From Macrostomum hystrix (taxonomy: Eukaryota > Animalia > Platyhelminthes): a DNA stretch of 64,000 nt. Of the stretch, positions 34,453-46,340 are shown piece by piece (positions within the stretch are counted from its first letter, which is position 1; the number at the start of each line of letters is the position of its first letter). The position numbers and the translations under genes are program-made. The stretch lies in assembly GCA_950097015.1 (NCBI GenBank), contig CATNEN010000038.1:34410001-34474000 (forward strand), in the 5' to 3' direction. Below the pieces are notes generated by a model that was not told the DNA's origin, made no database searches, and worked only from the letters and a program-made list of their open reading frames with translations.

Positions 34453-37400
34453 TCAAGCGATTCCAGTTCGACAGCGAGACAGTCGATAAGCCAGCAAGCA
34501 GGCAGACAGAACGGCAACACCGGCTGTAAGGAGCAACAGACTGCTGGCTCCATGGCCTCCAGAGGTCCTAGTAACAGAGATCTCAGCAGACTCCGCCAGT
34601 TCCAGACTGTTAGATAAACCATCGATTGGCTCCGCCATCATGTGATGCTTGCCAGTGTCTGTGACTCGAACCCGGACCCACTGGCCTAGCCAGTGCCGGC
34701 TCATTGGCAGCAGAATCTGTTCGTAGCGCTTGTTGTGGCCCACCCAGTGCTGCTTGTCGTGCGACACGTCTGTCACCAGGATGTCCTGCAGGCCGATAAT
34801 TGCAGCGATATCAGTCAGGATTGTTTGGGAGTTATTTTTCCATTCCCCTTCCCTCTGATGTATTTTCCCCTTCCCTCTGATGTATTTTCCCCTTCCCTCT
34901 GATGTATTTCCCCTTCCCTCTGATGTATTTTCCCCTTCCCTCTGATGTATTTTCCCCTTCCCTCTGATGTCTCTTCCCCATCCTTCTGATGTCTCTTCTT
35001 TATCCATCTGATGTCTCTTCCCCTTCCATCTGATGTCTCTTCCCCATCCTTCTGATGTCTCTTCCCCATCCCTCTGATGTATTTTCCCCTTCCCTCTGAT
35101 GTATTTTCCCCTTCCCTCTGATGTATTTTCCCCTTCCCTCTGATGTATTTTCCCCTTCCCTCTGATGTATTTTCCCCTTCCCTCTGATGTATTTTCCCCT
35201 TCCCTCTGATGTATTTTCCCCTTCCCTCTGATGTATTTTCCCCTTCCCTCTGATGTATTTTCCCCTTCCCTCTGATGTCTCTTCCCCATCCATCTGATGT
35301 CTCTTCTTTATCCATCTGATGTCTCTTCCCCTTCCATCTGATGTCTCTTCCCCATCCCTCTGATGTATTTTCCCCTTCCCTCTGATGTCTCTTCCCCATC
35401 CCTCTGATGTATTTTCCCCTTCCCTCTGATGTCTCTTCCCCATCCCTCTGATGTATTTTCCCCTTCCCTCTGATGTATTTTCCCCTTCCCTCTGATGTCT
35501 CTTCCCCATCCATCTGATGTCTCTTCTTTATCCATCTGATGTCTCTTCCCCTTCCATCTGATGTCTCTTCCCCATCCTTCTGATGTCTCTTCATTATCCA
35601 TCTGATGTCTCTTCATTATCTATCTGATGTCTCTTCATTATCTATCTGATGTCTTTTCCTTATCTATCTGATGTCTCTTCATTATCTATCTGATGTCTCT
35701 TCATTATCTATCGGATGTCTCTTCATTATCCATCTGATGTCTCTTCATTATCTATCTGATGTCTCTTCATTATCTATCGGATGTCTCTTCATTATCTATC
35801 TGATGTCTCCTCATTATCTATCTGATGTCTCTTCATTATCTATCTGACGCATTTTCCCCATCTATCTGACGCCTCTTCCCCATCCATCGGATGTCTCTTC
35901 CCTATCTCTCTGATGTCTCTTCCTACCTATGCGTTCTCTCGACATAAATGTTGCATTACAAACTTCATATACTATAGTGGCTACTTATAGTATGCTGACT
36001 CAGACAAGTCAAGTTAAAAAGAAAGTTTATAACTCAATACAAACCAAATAAAACAGTAATAAAACAGCAAATCAAGCATAAGCAGCGTGACAAGTGTCTA
36101 GGTCTTACCTGAACACTGCCCAGTTGGTCATCATAGCTATTATAGGATCTGAACAGCTGATTAAGCCGTCGGGTTCGGTCTTTGACTTCAGCCGGCGTGG
36201 CCTCTCGATGCATACGAGCGGCGGGAGTGCCCGGTCGCGGAAAGAATTGGTTGATGAATAGCACCGGAAATTTGTACCTGTGTAACGGTTATTTTATCGC
36301 TCTTAAAATTAACCAGCCCTGAAGAATCTATAGCCAGCCCTGAAGAATCTATAACCAGCCCTGAAGAATCTATAGCCAGCCCTGAAGAATCTATAGCCAG
36401 CCCTGAAGAATCTATAACCAGCCCTGAAAAACTCACTTTTCAACCAATCGACACGTGGCCTCGAAATCGTCCTCCGTCTCCGTCGGGAAGCCGGCGATAA
36501 CATCGGTTGCTATGGTAACACCACCGGGTACATTGCCGCGCAGATAGTCGACAACCGTGCAAAACTCTTCGACGGTGTATTCGCGCCGCATCTCGCCGAG
36601 CACAGCGTCAGAACCGGATTGAACCGGTACGTGCAGGAAGGCGTACACTCTGGGATGGGCAAGCAGTCGCGCTATGGCCGGCAGGTGGCGCAGTATGTAC
36701 GGCGGGTTAGTCATGCCCAGGCGGAGCATGCCGCGACGCGGAATCACTTCAACAATGGAGTCCAACAGGCTGGGCAAATCGACGCCTAGATCGATGCCGT
36801 ACGCACCGGTGTCTTCGCTAGTTAGCCAGATCTCCCTGAGATTGTCATCCTCGCCGAATGCGCGCTGGATCCTGTTGACAATCTGATCAGGCTGATAGCT
36901 GGCTAGATGACCGCGGGCGTGCTTGGTCTTGCAATATGAGCAGCTATTTAGACAGCCGGAGTTGATGGGAACAATTTCAACTAGGGGATTGCGACGAATC
37001 TTGGGCATATCCAACGGCGGACCTGTTTTAGATGTGGAATTATTTCTGGGGTTAATTGAACTCGGTGAAAGTCTCAATTCACAAAGAATAAAGTTAGCTC
37101 CATGGACCACTTGAAGAAGGACTGGACATTTGTTTCTTGGAAAACCTATTAAGGGCAGATTTTCACGGAAAATGCACTAGCGAGATAGGAAGTTTTCACG
37201 TTTTTAACATTAAAATGTTGATAAATTTACAAACTTGTATATTGTATGCAGATACAATGCTGTTCTTTTAATATACCCTGAAAAAATTGTTGCTTCAACA
37301 AATTTTAGAAAGCTCTATTCATAAATAATTAATTTATCCTAGTTTTATTTTCGTTAACTTATCATGAATGAAAAAATTCTACATAATTCTCGTTATACAC

Positions 37401-38810
37401 TTTTACTTGATTAGAAAGTGACTGTAAAATTGAGTTAGTCACGAGACAGCAATTGACTGGCTATTGTGCCTCATAATAAATAATGAAGCCTTTGCGGCCT
37501 TTCCAGACATTCAAACTTTATCAGCATGTCACCCGAATGTGCTTGCATCATCTCCGACGCTGACGGCGTCGGGGTGGTGACTGATTGGTTGAGAGACTAG
37601 AGGAGCATGTATAGTAGTTGAGTGTTGCCCAATGTCGAGGCTTGATCAGCGAAAGTAGAGAAATTCGCTTTAGGTACTCCATAGTCGGCTGGTGCCACTT
37701 GTTGAAGGTCCAGCAGCTCCGTCTAGATAAAGGTCGGTGACCGCCGAAGTCGGAGATGATGCAGGCACATTCGGGTGACATGCTGATAAAGTTTGAAGGT
37801 CTGGAAAGGCCGCAGAGAGGCGCAGTGCAAATTCGTGTATAGGGGTGTATGAAATACACTAGCTCTTATGGGAAAAATCGGACCTTCGGCCAGAAACATT
37901 GAATATCTCGACGGTCTGAAGAGCTGGCGACTTGTTTCTTGTTTCAGAAGATGCGCAACAAAAATTTGGCCCGTGTTTTTGAGTTTCGTGTGCTTGCATT
38001 GTTCCGTTCGGGTGCAGCAAAAAATTGTCAAAATTCCCCCCTCTTGGTATAAAAACGGGCGGCAAAATGGCTTGGTAGTCCTACTGTTAACTCATGACCA
38101 TTGCCTAGGGAAGAAAATTTTAATTTTGGAAAAGCGAGATATGCAATACACTTACCTGGCAATCGGCGGCCCCTGTTGCCAGTGTCCTTATCCTTGCCCA
38201 ACAATCGGACAGAATTGCCTTTGAGCGTCTCTTCAACCACTTCAACAACGCGCCCAACCTGCCCGACGCCAAGCAAGCTGACGCCGCGCAGAAAGGCCGC
38301 GTCCGGCTGGCCCTGCGGCACGCAGCCGGCGACTACAACAAATTTCCCAGCTTTTCGCGCCAATTCAATTTCATTGCGAGCGTGATGCTCGGCCGGAGTC
38401 TTGACTGTGCAGGAGTTGAGTAGCCAGAGGTCGGCCTTGTCTGGCTGGTCGATGGTTACTGAGTAACCATAGGCGGACAGTAGGCCGGCCATGTACTCGC
38501 CATCCGAGGTGTTGTGAGCGCAGCCCCAGGTGCGAATGTAAACACACTCAGTGCCGGGAACTCGACTGTTATCAATGATACCATTGTTATTCAAAGCGAC
38601 TAAGTCACTTTCAGGCCGATATTCGTCTGGGTCTAATGGATCTGGATGCTGCTGCTGTTGTTGTTTGTGATGTAATCGTCTCTGACGAGCGACAACTATG
38701 TCGGGCCGCCGCTGCTGCCGACGAATTAGAAAATTATCAGATTCATTGTCTCCCGTCTCTGCCGATGGCGGCTGAATGGCTACTAACAGATCCTCAATGT
38801 CTGCCTCCAT
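34453..38810 (-). CDS. CDKAL1: Threonylcarbamoyladenosine tRNA methylthiotransferase CDKAL1, ~580 aa
   Basis: Exons 38810-38156, 37022-36437, 36277-36109, 34785-34453 (1743 nt, phases consistent). MTTase N-domain [28 protein letters not shown], radical-SAM [43 protein letters not shown] domain and C-terminal hydrophobic tail anchor. Confidence 0.97.
34843..35925. repeat. 22-bp pyrimidine-rich minisatellite, ~49 copies (TCTGATGTATTTTCCCCTTCCC and variants), CDKAL1 last intron
   Basis: Direct reading; variant types are zoned along the array. Confidence 0.96.
36312..36429. repeat. 21-bp minisatellite x5.5 (CCAGCCCTGAAGAATCTATAR), CDKAL1 intron 2
   Basis: Makes up most of the 159-nt intron 36278-36436. 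Confidence 0.95.
37488..37821. repeat. Inverted-repeat (foldback/MITE-like) element: 66-bp arms around a ~190-bp spacer, in CDKAL1 intron 1
   Basis: 37493-37558 is the reverse complement of 37749-37814 with 2 mismatches. Confidence 0.9.
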
Positions 38811-39274
38811 TGGGTTGGACTGCAATCAGGGCACAATGTAAGATTGCAAATGTACATCCGGTCAGTAAAAAGAGAGACCTACTTTATTGCAAAATTTGTG
38901 GTTTCAAGTCTAGAACCTGAACTTGCCTGCCCACCCCTGCAATTCTAAACTGCTTTCAGCTATTGCATTAGTGGTAAATGTGAATACATGGTGCAGGTAT
39001 GGTTTCAATTACTTGATTCTGCTTGCATAGCAATTAATTGTGTATATTTAATTATTTATTAAACAGAGTTAAACCAATTTAGTATTAATGAACTTTAGAC
39101 AGTCTAGTGACTAAATGATGCCTAGTGGCTACAAGCTGTATAGTGTGTGCAACAGCCAACAAGCAGCTATGGAAAAGAGAGGCATTGTTGTAATTTTTAT
39201 AATGACTGAGGTGTTATTACAAGCAAACACTTGTAAACACATGATTGTTTGTTAGTTTGGGGAGATTGGGGAGA

Positions 39275-39480
39275 ATCTGAGGAGAGAAGGCTTGGGGGCT
39301 TGTAGTTTAATTTATAGTCTTGAGGACTAACCTCAAAGGCACAGTACTGAGTGTGTTCACTACATGGCAATAAGAAATCAGGGCAGATGTACACTGTGAA
39401 AGTGTATAACTATATGTAGGGGCCTAGTATCTGTGTGTGCTAAGGAATGGGCAAAATTGACAGAGTTGCCTCCTTGATGG
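39275..39480 (+). mobile_element. SINE family B, degraded internal fragment
   Basis: GGAGAGAAGGCTTGGGGGCTTGT…CTAACCTCAAAGGCACAGT…TCAGGGCAGATGTACAC matches 58830-58945. Confidence 0.65.
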
Positions 39481-41756
39481 GTTTACTGTTACCAAAGATA
39501 AGGGTCTTTGTAACATTCAAATATGCTTAAACAAATTTAAGGCTGACAATTGGCCATGTGCATCTGAATGCAACAATGATCTGCATAGTTAAGTTCTATT
39601 GTATTTTTTGAGCTGAGTCCTACTGCCCAAAGCTGCTGCACAGGAGGCATTGCTGCACACATAGCCCCAGCCCATACCCCCGAGGTCAGGCGCGAACCCA
39701 GAGGTTTATTGAGTGTCTATTAGAAGATGCCAGGGCGCCTGATCAGGCTAATGGCACTGCCTTCATCAGAGACTATGTGGCCAGGCATGTTTTTTGACAA
39801 TGCCCCCCTCTTTAGGCCACTTGTGGTCATTGGACATTGTATTTATTGTATTATTGTTTTGTATTGTATTGACCAACTAAATGCATAGAACATTTTTCAG
39901 AGTTTTGTACTGCTAACAATTGCACAGCTGAAAGTGTTGCTACAACTTATTTGGTTTAAAAAAATCTTAGTCATATAGATATAGCCATCTTACTATAGGG
40001 AAAAGGTATAGCACAAGGCCAGACCCAGACCTAGGTTTTTACACCATAAAGTGTGCAATTTCATAAATTATGTCAAAGTTTTGTGAGTAATTCTGAAAGT
40101 GACTATGTGACTTGAAGTTTTAGACAAAAATTGTTGCTGAGTCATTGAAAATCTTACATAACACAATAGCCAAAATTTAGTCTATAATTAAAATAATCAT
40201 GCATAGGCCCAGGAATCATGTATAACCAAACCCAGTGCAAATGCCAAACTTACAATAATTTTCAGTTGTAATATGCTCAATCTCTAGGAAGTCTAGGGCA
40301 CAGTAAGTTAAATTATATACTGCAGTGCAAACTGCCTAAGAATGAAAAATCCAGCGAGGGAAGAAGTATGGGCCTATACATATGTGAGTGCACACATAAT
40401 TTTCAATGCAACATAATATTATAAATATTTGACTTTGAGTGTGCCTCAGGAGGGAGAACAATAGCTGGCAGTCCTCTAGTTTAGCCCATTTAATTATTTA
40501 CAAAAGATTACAACTTTCGTAGCTACCACAAGTAACTACTTTATAAAAATATGATTCTCATTCTTGCCATGTTACATTTTGGAAACACTATTTTCTGGCA
40601 GTGGTGCAACTAGGGGGGCAGGGGTGGCAGCCGCCCACCCCTTTAGCCCGCAGGGCAATATACGCAAAGGGCAAGCCAAGATGCTTCTTAATTATCTTCT
40701 TAATCGACCAGCGTTTTCTACGAATACAATACGAGTTCATACAAACAGCTAAATGTTATAACAATATTTAGTGTTTTTTAATATGTTAAAAATAAACTAT
40801 AAATTGTCAAGCTTACAAATATCCTGTTTTTATCAGTTGATTCGTTGAGAACGACCAGAACGAGGAAGAGTTTTTATATTTAGAGCTTTATATTTTTATA
40901 TATAAAAATTTGTCAACAAAATACTCTGTTCACTAACAGGTCCGAAGGCCTACATAATGCAGCCAGCTAGTGCAGTACCTTTTTCATATTTTTTGAAAAG
41001 TAAAAAAAATTATATTACGAAAAATTCGACCCCGATTCATATTTTGAGAATGAGTTTGATTCGAAAAAGAACTGCCATGTTGAGGAGTTGTTTAGTAGTA
41101 TTTTTAAGTCATTCGGCTAATAATTTACTGTACCTTTGAGGTGCTCTATTATAAAAAAATTTACTTGACCATGCCGTGCAGGAGATAATCACATTCAGCA
41201 ACAATTTAGGAATAGCGGCTTTTCCTAGGAGTCAGTGGTGCAGAGCGCGGTTACTATAATTGCATGCCTCGAAATTCTGTATTTAGAGAAAACATCGCTC
41301 TTGTATATTCTTCTTTTGCATGTTGCAGTAAAGCTAAAAAACGTTGCACAAAAAGATCGCTTCTTATTTATTGTAAAATTTCTGTGTAACGAAAACAATT
41401 AAAAATTCTTGCTTGAATAAACTCTGCGTACAGTTCCGTTTATCGGCCGTGGGAGCGGGAAATGAATTATTTATTTTCCGTGGCAAATAAATGAAATGCT
41501 TTAAGACATATACTCGTTGGCGGGCAAATGGGAATAAATTATTTCATTTAAAAAAGGTTAATTAGTACTCCAGAACTTCGTTGATTGCTTGTACTTTTGA
41601 AAGTCTCTTTTTGCGGAAGGCAAATCTATTGATTTACAACGAAAAATTCTATGGTAAATTATATACAGATCACCGAAACATACTCGGTTGACACATTCTA
41701 GAGCTGCCTAAGAATCACGGCTAGCAATCGGTAAATTACAAACTCAAGGCTCAGCA

Positions 41757-42242
41757 ATGCAGAAGTTATTCTCTACCCTCCTGGGTCCTTGTCAGGCGCC
41801 AATCGGATCGATGCAATTTAGCAACAACTATTTCGCTGCCAAGGATCACCTGAAAGCGATTCCAGCGCCGATCGACCCTCAGGACTTGGAACTGCATTTG
41901 TCATTCGACCTCGCAAATCGTCAATTGCGGCCTCTGAATGTTGTCGGGCTTGAAGAAACGGACCAGACCACAATTATCATCTACCAAATGCCACAGGGGA
42001 AGAATAGCAGCGGCGAGGCGCCGGTGAAACTTTTCGAAGCTCCAGCTCACAATCCGCAGGAGACGATGCCGTACGAAGTTGGCAGCGAATACCTTCTGTG
42101 CCTGAAGCATCCGAGCAGCAGAAAGCCAATTGCGCTTCAGTCCTTTGTGCCGATGAAAGAGAATGTTAACACCACTGAGCTGGCATTGATGCCATACTGG
42201 TCCATGAAATGGCTCGAGCGAAGTTCGGCCAACCGAATTTAA
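41757..42242 (+). CDS. Intronless ORF, 161 aa, unknown function
   Basis: ATG-to-TAA, non-repetitive, GC-richer than its flanks, protein-like composition; no family recognised. Confidence 0.55.
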   Translation: MQKLFSTLLGPCQAPIGSMQFSNNYFAAKDHLKAIPAPIDPQDLELHLSFDLANRQLRPLNVVGLEETDQTTIIIYQMPQGKNSSGEAPVKLFEAPAHNPQETMPYEVGSEYLLCLKHPSSRKPIALQSFVPMKENVNTTELALMPYWSMKWLERSSANRI

Positions 42243-42369
42243 ACAAATCACACGCTTGAATTAAATTCAGTGACTTCACAAGCTAGTTTTCCTTTTAAAC
42301 AAAAAATAAAAACACTAAATTTGATTTTAAAATGTAGCTTTCCTCTTCTTCTTGTTAAATAGTTTTATA

Positions 42370-42741
42370 TTCTGTGAATCAAGATTCTGTGAATCAAGAC
42401 CAGATTCTGTGAATCAAGATTCTGTGAATCAAGATTCTGTGAATCAAGATTCTGTGAATCAAGATTCTGTGAATCAAGATTCTGTGAATCAAGATTCTGT
42501 GAATCAAGATTCTGTGAATCAAGATTCTGTGAATCAAGATTCTGTGAATCAAGATTCTGTGAATCAAGATTCTGTGAATCAAGATTCTGTGAATCAAGAT
42601 TCTGTGAATCAAGATTCTGTGAATCAAGATTCTGTGAATCAAGATTCTGTGAATCAAGATTCTGTGAATCAAGATTCTGTGAATCAAGATTCTGTGAATC
42701 AAGATTCTGTGAATCAAGATTCTGTGAATCAAGATTCTGTG
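42370..42741. repeat. 15-bp near-perfect minisatellite, ~25 copies (GATTCTGTGAATCAA)
   Basis: Direct reading; one interruption near 42398. Confidence 0.97.
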
Positions 42742-42905
42742 AGATAGATCAAGCTGCCTACAGGCAAGTTCAGTGTGTGCTGTGTCTGCTCTCAAGTGTC
42801 TATGGCCTCATGTCACCTAATTGATGACCTAGCGATGCGTTTGCACAATTAAGTGTGATAAGTTGCGCAAATTCTACTTTAAGACTCGAACTTCAGCGTG
42901 CCATC

Positions 42906-43370
42906 ATGATTAGCACAGACGCTGAAATGGTGGAGGAGGTGGTTGACCGCTACTTTGTGGAGGACAACATTGAGGCCAGATCCAAGTTGAATAATACTGA
43001 GAAATATCTGCTTATGCGCGAGTGCTGCTGGGACACAATCGATGCGTACGAGTTCTGCGGCATGCTAATAGCCGACCTCTGGCTGGATCGAGAATTCGAC
43101 ACCGTCTTCGATCTGCTAGATAAGTTCTGCTTGAAGATTCGCCACTTCAATTACGAAGTCGACCCGCATCATTGCAAGCTGTTCTTTTGTGAGCGCTGCC
43201 TCCCAAATCACAGCCTGGTACTCAAGGAGCTTAGCAATGGAGCGCGAATCTACATCGTCGACTTCATCCTGGGTCGAAGCTTCGTGCTGAAAATCGACCC
43301 CAGGGCTATTCAACCAGAGCTCAAGCGATGCAGCCTTGGCAACGTCCAACTGGCTGAGTTCTATAACTAG
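42906..43370 (+). CDS. Intronless ORF, ~154 aa, Cys-containing, unknown function
   Basis: First ATG of track ORF 42855..43370 is at 42906 (GCCATCATG). GC3-rich codons like the real exons in this window; no family recognised. Confidence 0.6.
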   Translation: MISTDAEMVEEVVDRYFVEDNIEARSKLNNTEKYLLMRECCWDTIDAYEFCGMLIADLWLDREFDTVFDLLDKFCLKIRHFNYEVDPHHCKLFFCERCLPNHSLVLKELSNGARIYIVDFILGRSFVLKIDPRAIQPELKRCSLGNVQLAEFYN

Positions 43371-43649
43371 TACCCGCGACTGATACTTGTATACTACTAA
43401 AAAGTAGCATCTAATACACCAGCCCAAATTTTATAAGCTGAATGTTCTTTGACTTAAGGCCTGAAAGCATGGAAAATTCCACTATAAACTAACAATTTCA
43501 ATATACGCGCTAGACCAGAAAGCGAATTATTCGATTAACTAACTGTTAAAATGTACAGTAATTCCACAGTAGCTCGAGAAACTCAACTAACTTATCTCGG
43601 AATTTATCAAATAAAATATTAATGAGCCTGCTGATTTGACAAAAAACAA

Positions 43650-43910
43650 TAACAATAATAATGGTAATAATATGAATTGATTGCACCTGTCCCAATCGAG
43701 CCAGATGTGCAGCCGACAGCACAGCCGCAGCTAATGCGCGGCACATCTAAAGGCCGCGTACGGCTGTTCAGTCCATGGACTGGGGGGACGCCAAACCCAC
43801 CTTCAATTATCCCAGCTGATGCTGGTACCCATTTAACATCTGGAGGAAATCTTTCTTGCTAAAGGACACAAATTGTTCAATTGGAGTCGGGAATCAAACC
43901 CCCGACCTTC
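43650..43910 (-). mobile_element. SINE family A copy
   Basis: Reverse complement of the 44947-45228 head (GGGGTTTGATTCCCGACT), core and tail, with an (ATT)n-type tail at ~43650-43680. Confidence 0.85.
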
Positions 43911-43984
43911 AATACTTCTATACTTTATACTTTTATATTTTTTTACTTTTTTTACTTGTAGTAAAAGTACTGCGAGTAATAATA

Positions 43985-44208
43985 ACACTCACATAGGTGT
44001 GTAAATCTGCCCTGACTTTCTCATCGTCAGGCAGTGTACACTCTCACTGTACCTTGGCCCTCAAAGGCGTAAATTGCACGACAAGCCCCACAAAAGCCTT
44101 CTCTCGGCTGCGGCTGCGCCCAAAATAAATGTGGCCTCGACAGCGGAATCGAGCTCAGTGACCTCGGTGCAATAGGCAAGAGCATCAAGCATTCTGCCAC
44201 CGACCCCA
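43985..44208 (-). mobile_element. SINE family B copy (3'-truncated)
   Basis: Reverse complement of GGGGTCGGTGGCAGA…CCTGACGATGAGAAAGTCAGGGCAG. Confidence 0.85.
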
Positions 44209-44946
44209 GGACCTCCTTGTCCTGACCTGACTATGAAAGACCTCCTTATCGTGTTAAACTACTCATAGTAGTGTAAAGCAGACAGTTTCGAAAATAAAAT
44301 ATTTTCTAATTATAAGTCAAACCGAAAAATTTCCGTTATATCTTATGGTCAACTCAGTGGCTACTTAAAATTTTAAAGTGGTTTTTTACTGTGTTTTACT
44401 CCTAAAAATTATTAACAAAAACAAATGAAAAACTTAAACATTTTAAATCTTGATTAGTGAATAAAAATTATATCTAGTGTGAAATAACAGTTTTATCATG
44501 TCAAGGTTACGCACAGTCCATAGAAGTAAGCCAGCTTTTCTCATTGGCTACGCTGTCCAGACCAATCAGAATTGGCGTAAGTAATTCTGGCTTTAGAAGT
44601 CGTTCTTATAAAGGAAAATTTCACGGCTGTGATTGCGCTATTTATGACTCCTTAAATATTGAATTACCAGAACATTGACAGTGAAACGCTGCATTAGAAA
44701 ATTCTTGAAAATACTAAATATTGAATAAGTAGCAAACAAAACATGCATAAGATTATAATAATCCTGCTTTTCATTGCAATAGAAGCAGCAAAGCATCTCG
44801 GTGAGAAGAACCAATAAATTATTTCCCTGTTTTTTCTACTCTGTTGGTGTCTTTTTAATTCTATTTTTGTCCATTCACTATCGCTGTCCGTTCTATTCTA
44901 TCTATACCTATTATATTTTATTTTGTCTGTTCTATCTGTCCAATGT

Positions 44947-45228
44947 AGGCGGTTGTAGCCTTGTGGTTAGAGAGTCGGACTCACGACTTCAAGATCGGGG
45001 GTTCGATTCCCGACTTCACTGAAACAATTTGTGTACTTTAGCAAGACACTCTGCTTCAGTTCACTCAGCTGTTAAATGGGTACTGTGGTAATTGAGGGTG
45101 GGTATGGCGTCCCCCCAGTCCATGGACTGAACAGCCGTACGTGGCCTTCAGATGCGCCGCGCAATAGCTGCGGCTGTGCTGTCGGCTGCACATCTGACCC
45201 AATTGGGGCAGTTGTAATAAATATTATT
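44947..45228 (+). mobile_element. SINE family A, near full length (tRNA-derived head, CORE-like domain, unique tail)
   Basis: A box TAGCCTTGTGG, B box GGTTCGATTCC, then GCAAGACACT..CTTCAGTTCACTCAGCTGTTAAATGGG (similar to the CORE-SINE domain); about nine copies or fragments in the window. Confidence 0.87.
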
Positions 45229-46340
45229 CTGTTCTATTCTATTCCTGCCTGTTCATTGTATATTATTTTAGTGGTCGCCTTATTAAAGAAGAAACTGTTC
45301 TTAACCCGCAGCAGATTTTACTTTCATTTCTCCGTTCTCCTCAATCACTTCTATTAGAAGAAGAATAAAGTGTAGTTTTCTGTCGTTCTTCTAAACATTT
45401 TTACGAAAACGACAATGCATTTTTCTCTGTCCTCTAATAGACTCACAGCTGTACTTGAAATTTGCCTAAATATCACAAATGTGAGCCACAATGTCATTGT
45501 GTCCCCACGCCATGCAGTTGAACTCTCCCTTTTCACACAACAATCAACTGCTCTCATTAGTTCTCCGTATTAGTCGATAGCTCAAGACCGGAAGATGAAG
45601 TTTCAAAAAAATCTGCTAAAAGTACAGAAACTCCAGGCAGATAAGGTTGGCAAGTTGCATAACTATATGAGGCCATATTTAGCTATTTAATATAATACTA
45701 CTGTAAGCTTAACAGGGTAGACTAAGGCATGGACCAGATGGTTCAACTTAATTGAATTCACCTTCTCTCTTTCGCTTTCTCTCTCCTACTCTCTACTTCA
45801 TAAACCCCTTCCTCATTCAGTACCTTAGCTAGGCCAGTTAGTTTGCAAAAAACACCAGAAAGTTTTTGTTGATCAATTTCGCATCAACAATGTCTGCTTG
45901 CTGGCTAAAAGGGACTTTCCAGAAGCAAACGGGGAGGAGCCGGGCTTCAGTTCCTGTTCAGGAATTTGCTGACAGCTCAGTTTGGCCAAGAAATTTTCAT
46001 TGATGTCCTCTACAAAGCTTCAGTAAAAGAGATTGATTGGCAGTTAGTAAGTGTTGATGAACCCTATCAGTAATCAGATTCTGTGAATTATGTGTGTGTT
46101 AAATGGCCAGTGATGACGTGTGTGCTAAATAGTCTTTAATGTGTTGACAAGGGCAACTAGCTCTGTATTAAACTGTGTGACGAATCCATATTGGTTCAAT
46201 AATAAAATAGTTTAATTATTGTCAATAAAATATAATTATCTGAACTTACAAACGATTATGTGGTTTCAACCACCAGAAACCCCGACGAGAATCGTTGTAA
46301 GTCTCAATGTATTTATTCATTTACAATCCTTCCTGTGCAG

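Noticed and set aside
38148-38162. U1 snRNA-like ACTTACCTGG
   Set aside because: It is the reverse complement of the CDKAL1 exon-1 donor site.
40598-40680. hAT-like terminal sequence CAGTGGTGCAACTAGGGGGG (similar G/C-run patches at ~39800 and 57220-57440)
   Set aside because: No matching opposite end or target-site duplication found by eye.
44947-45020. tRNA genes (also 58733-58805, 17296-17362, 33434-33486)
   Set aside because: A and B boxes are present but there is no proper acceptor stem, and they continue into or match shared SINE bodies.
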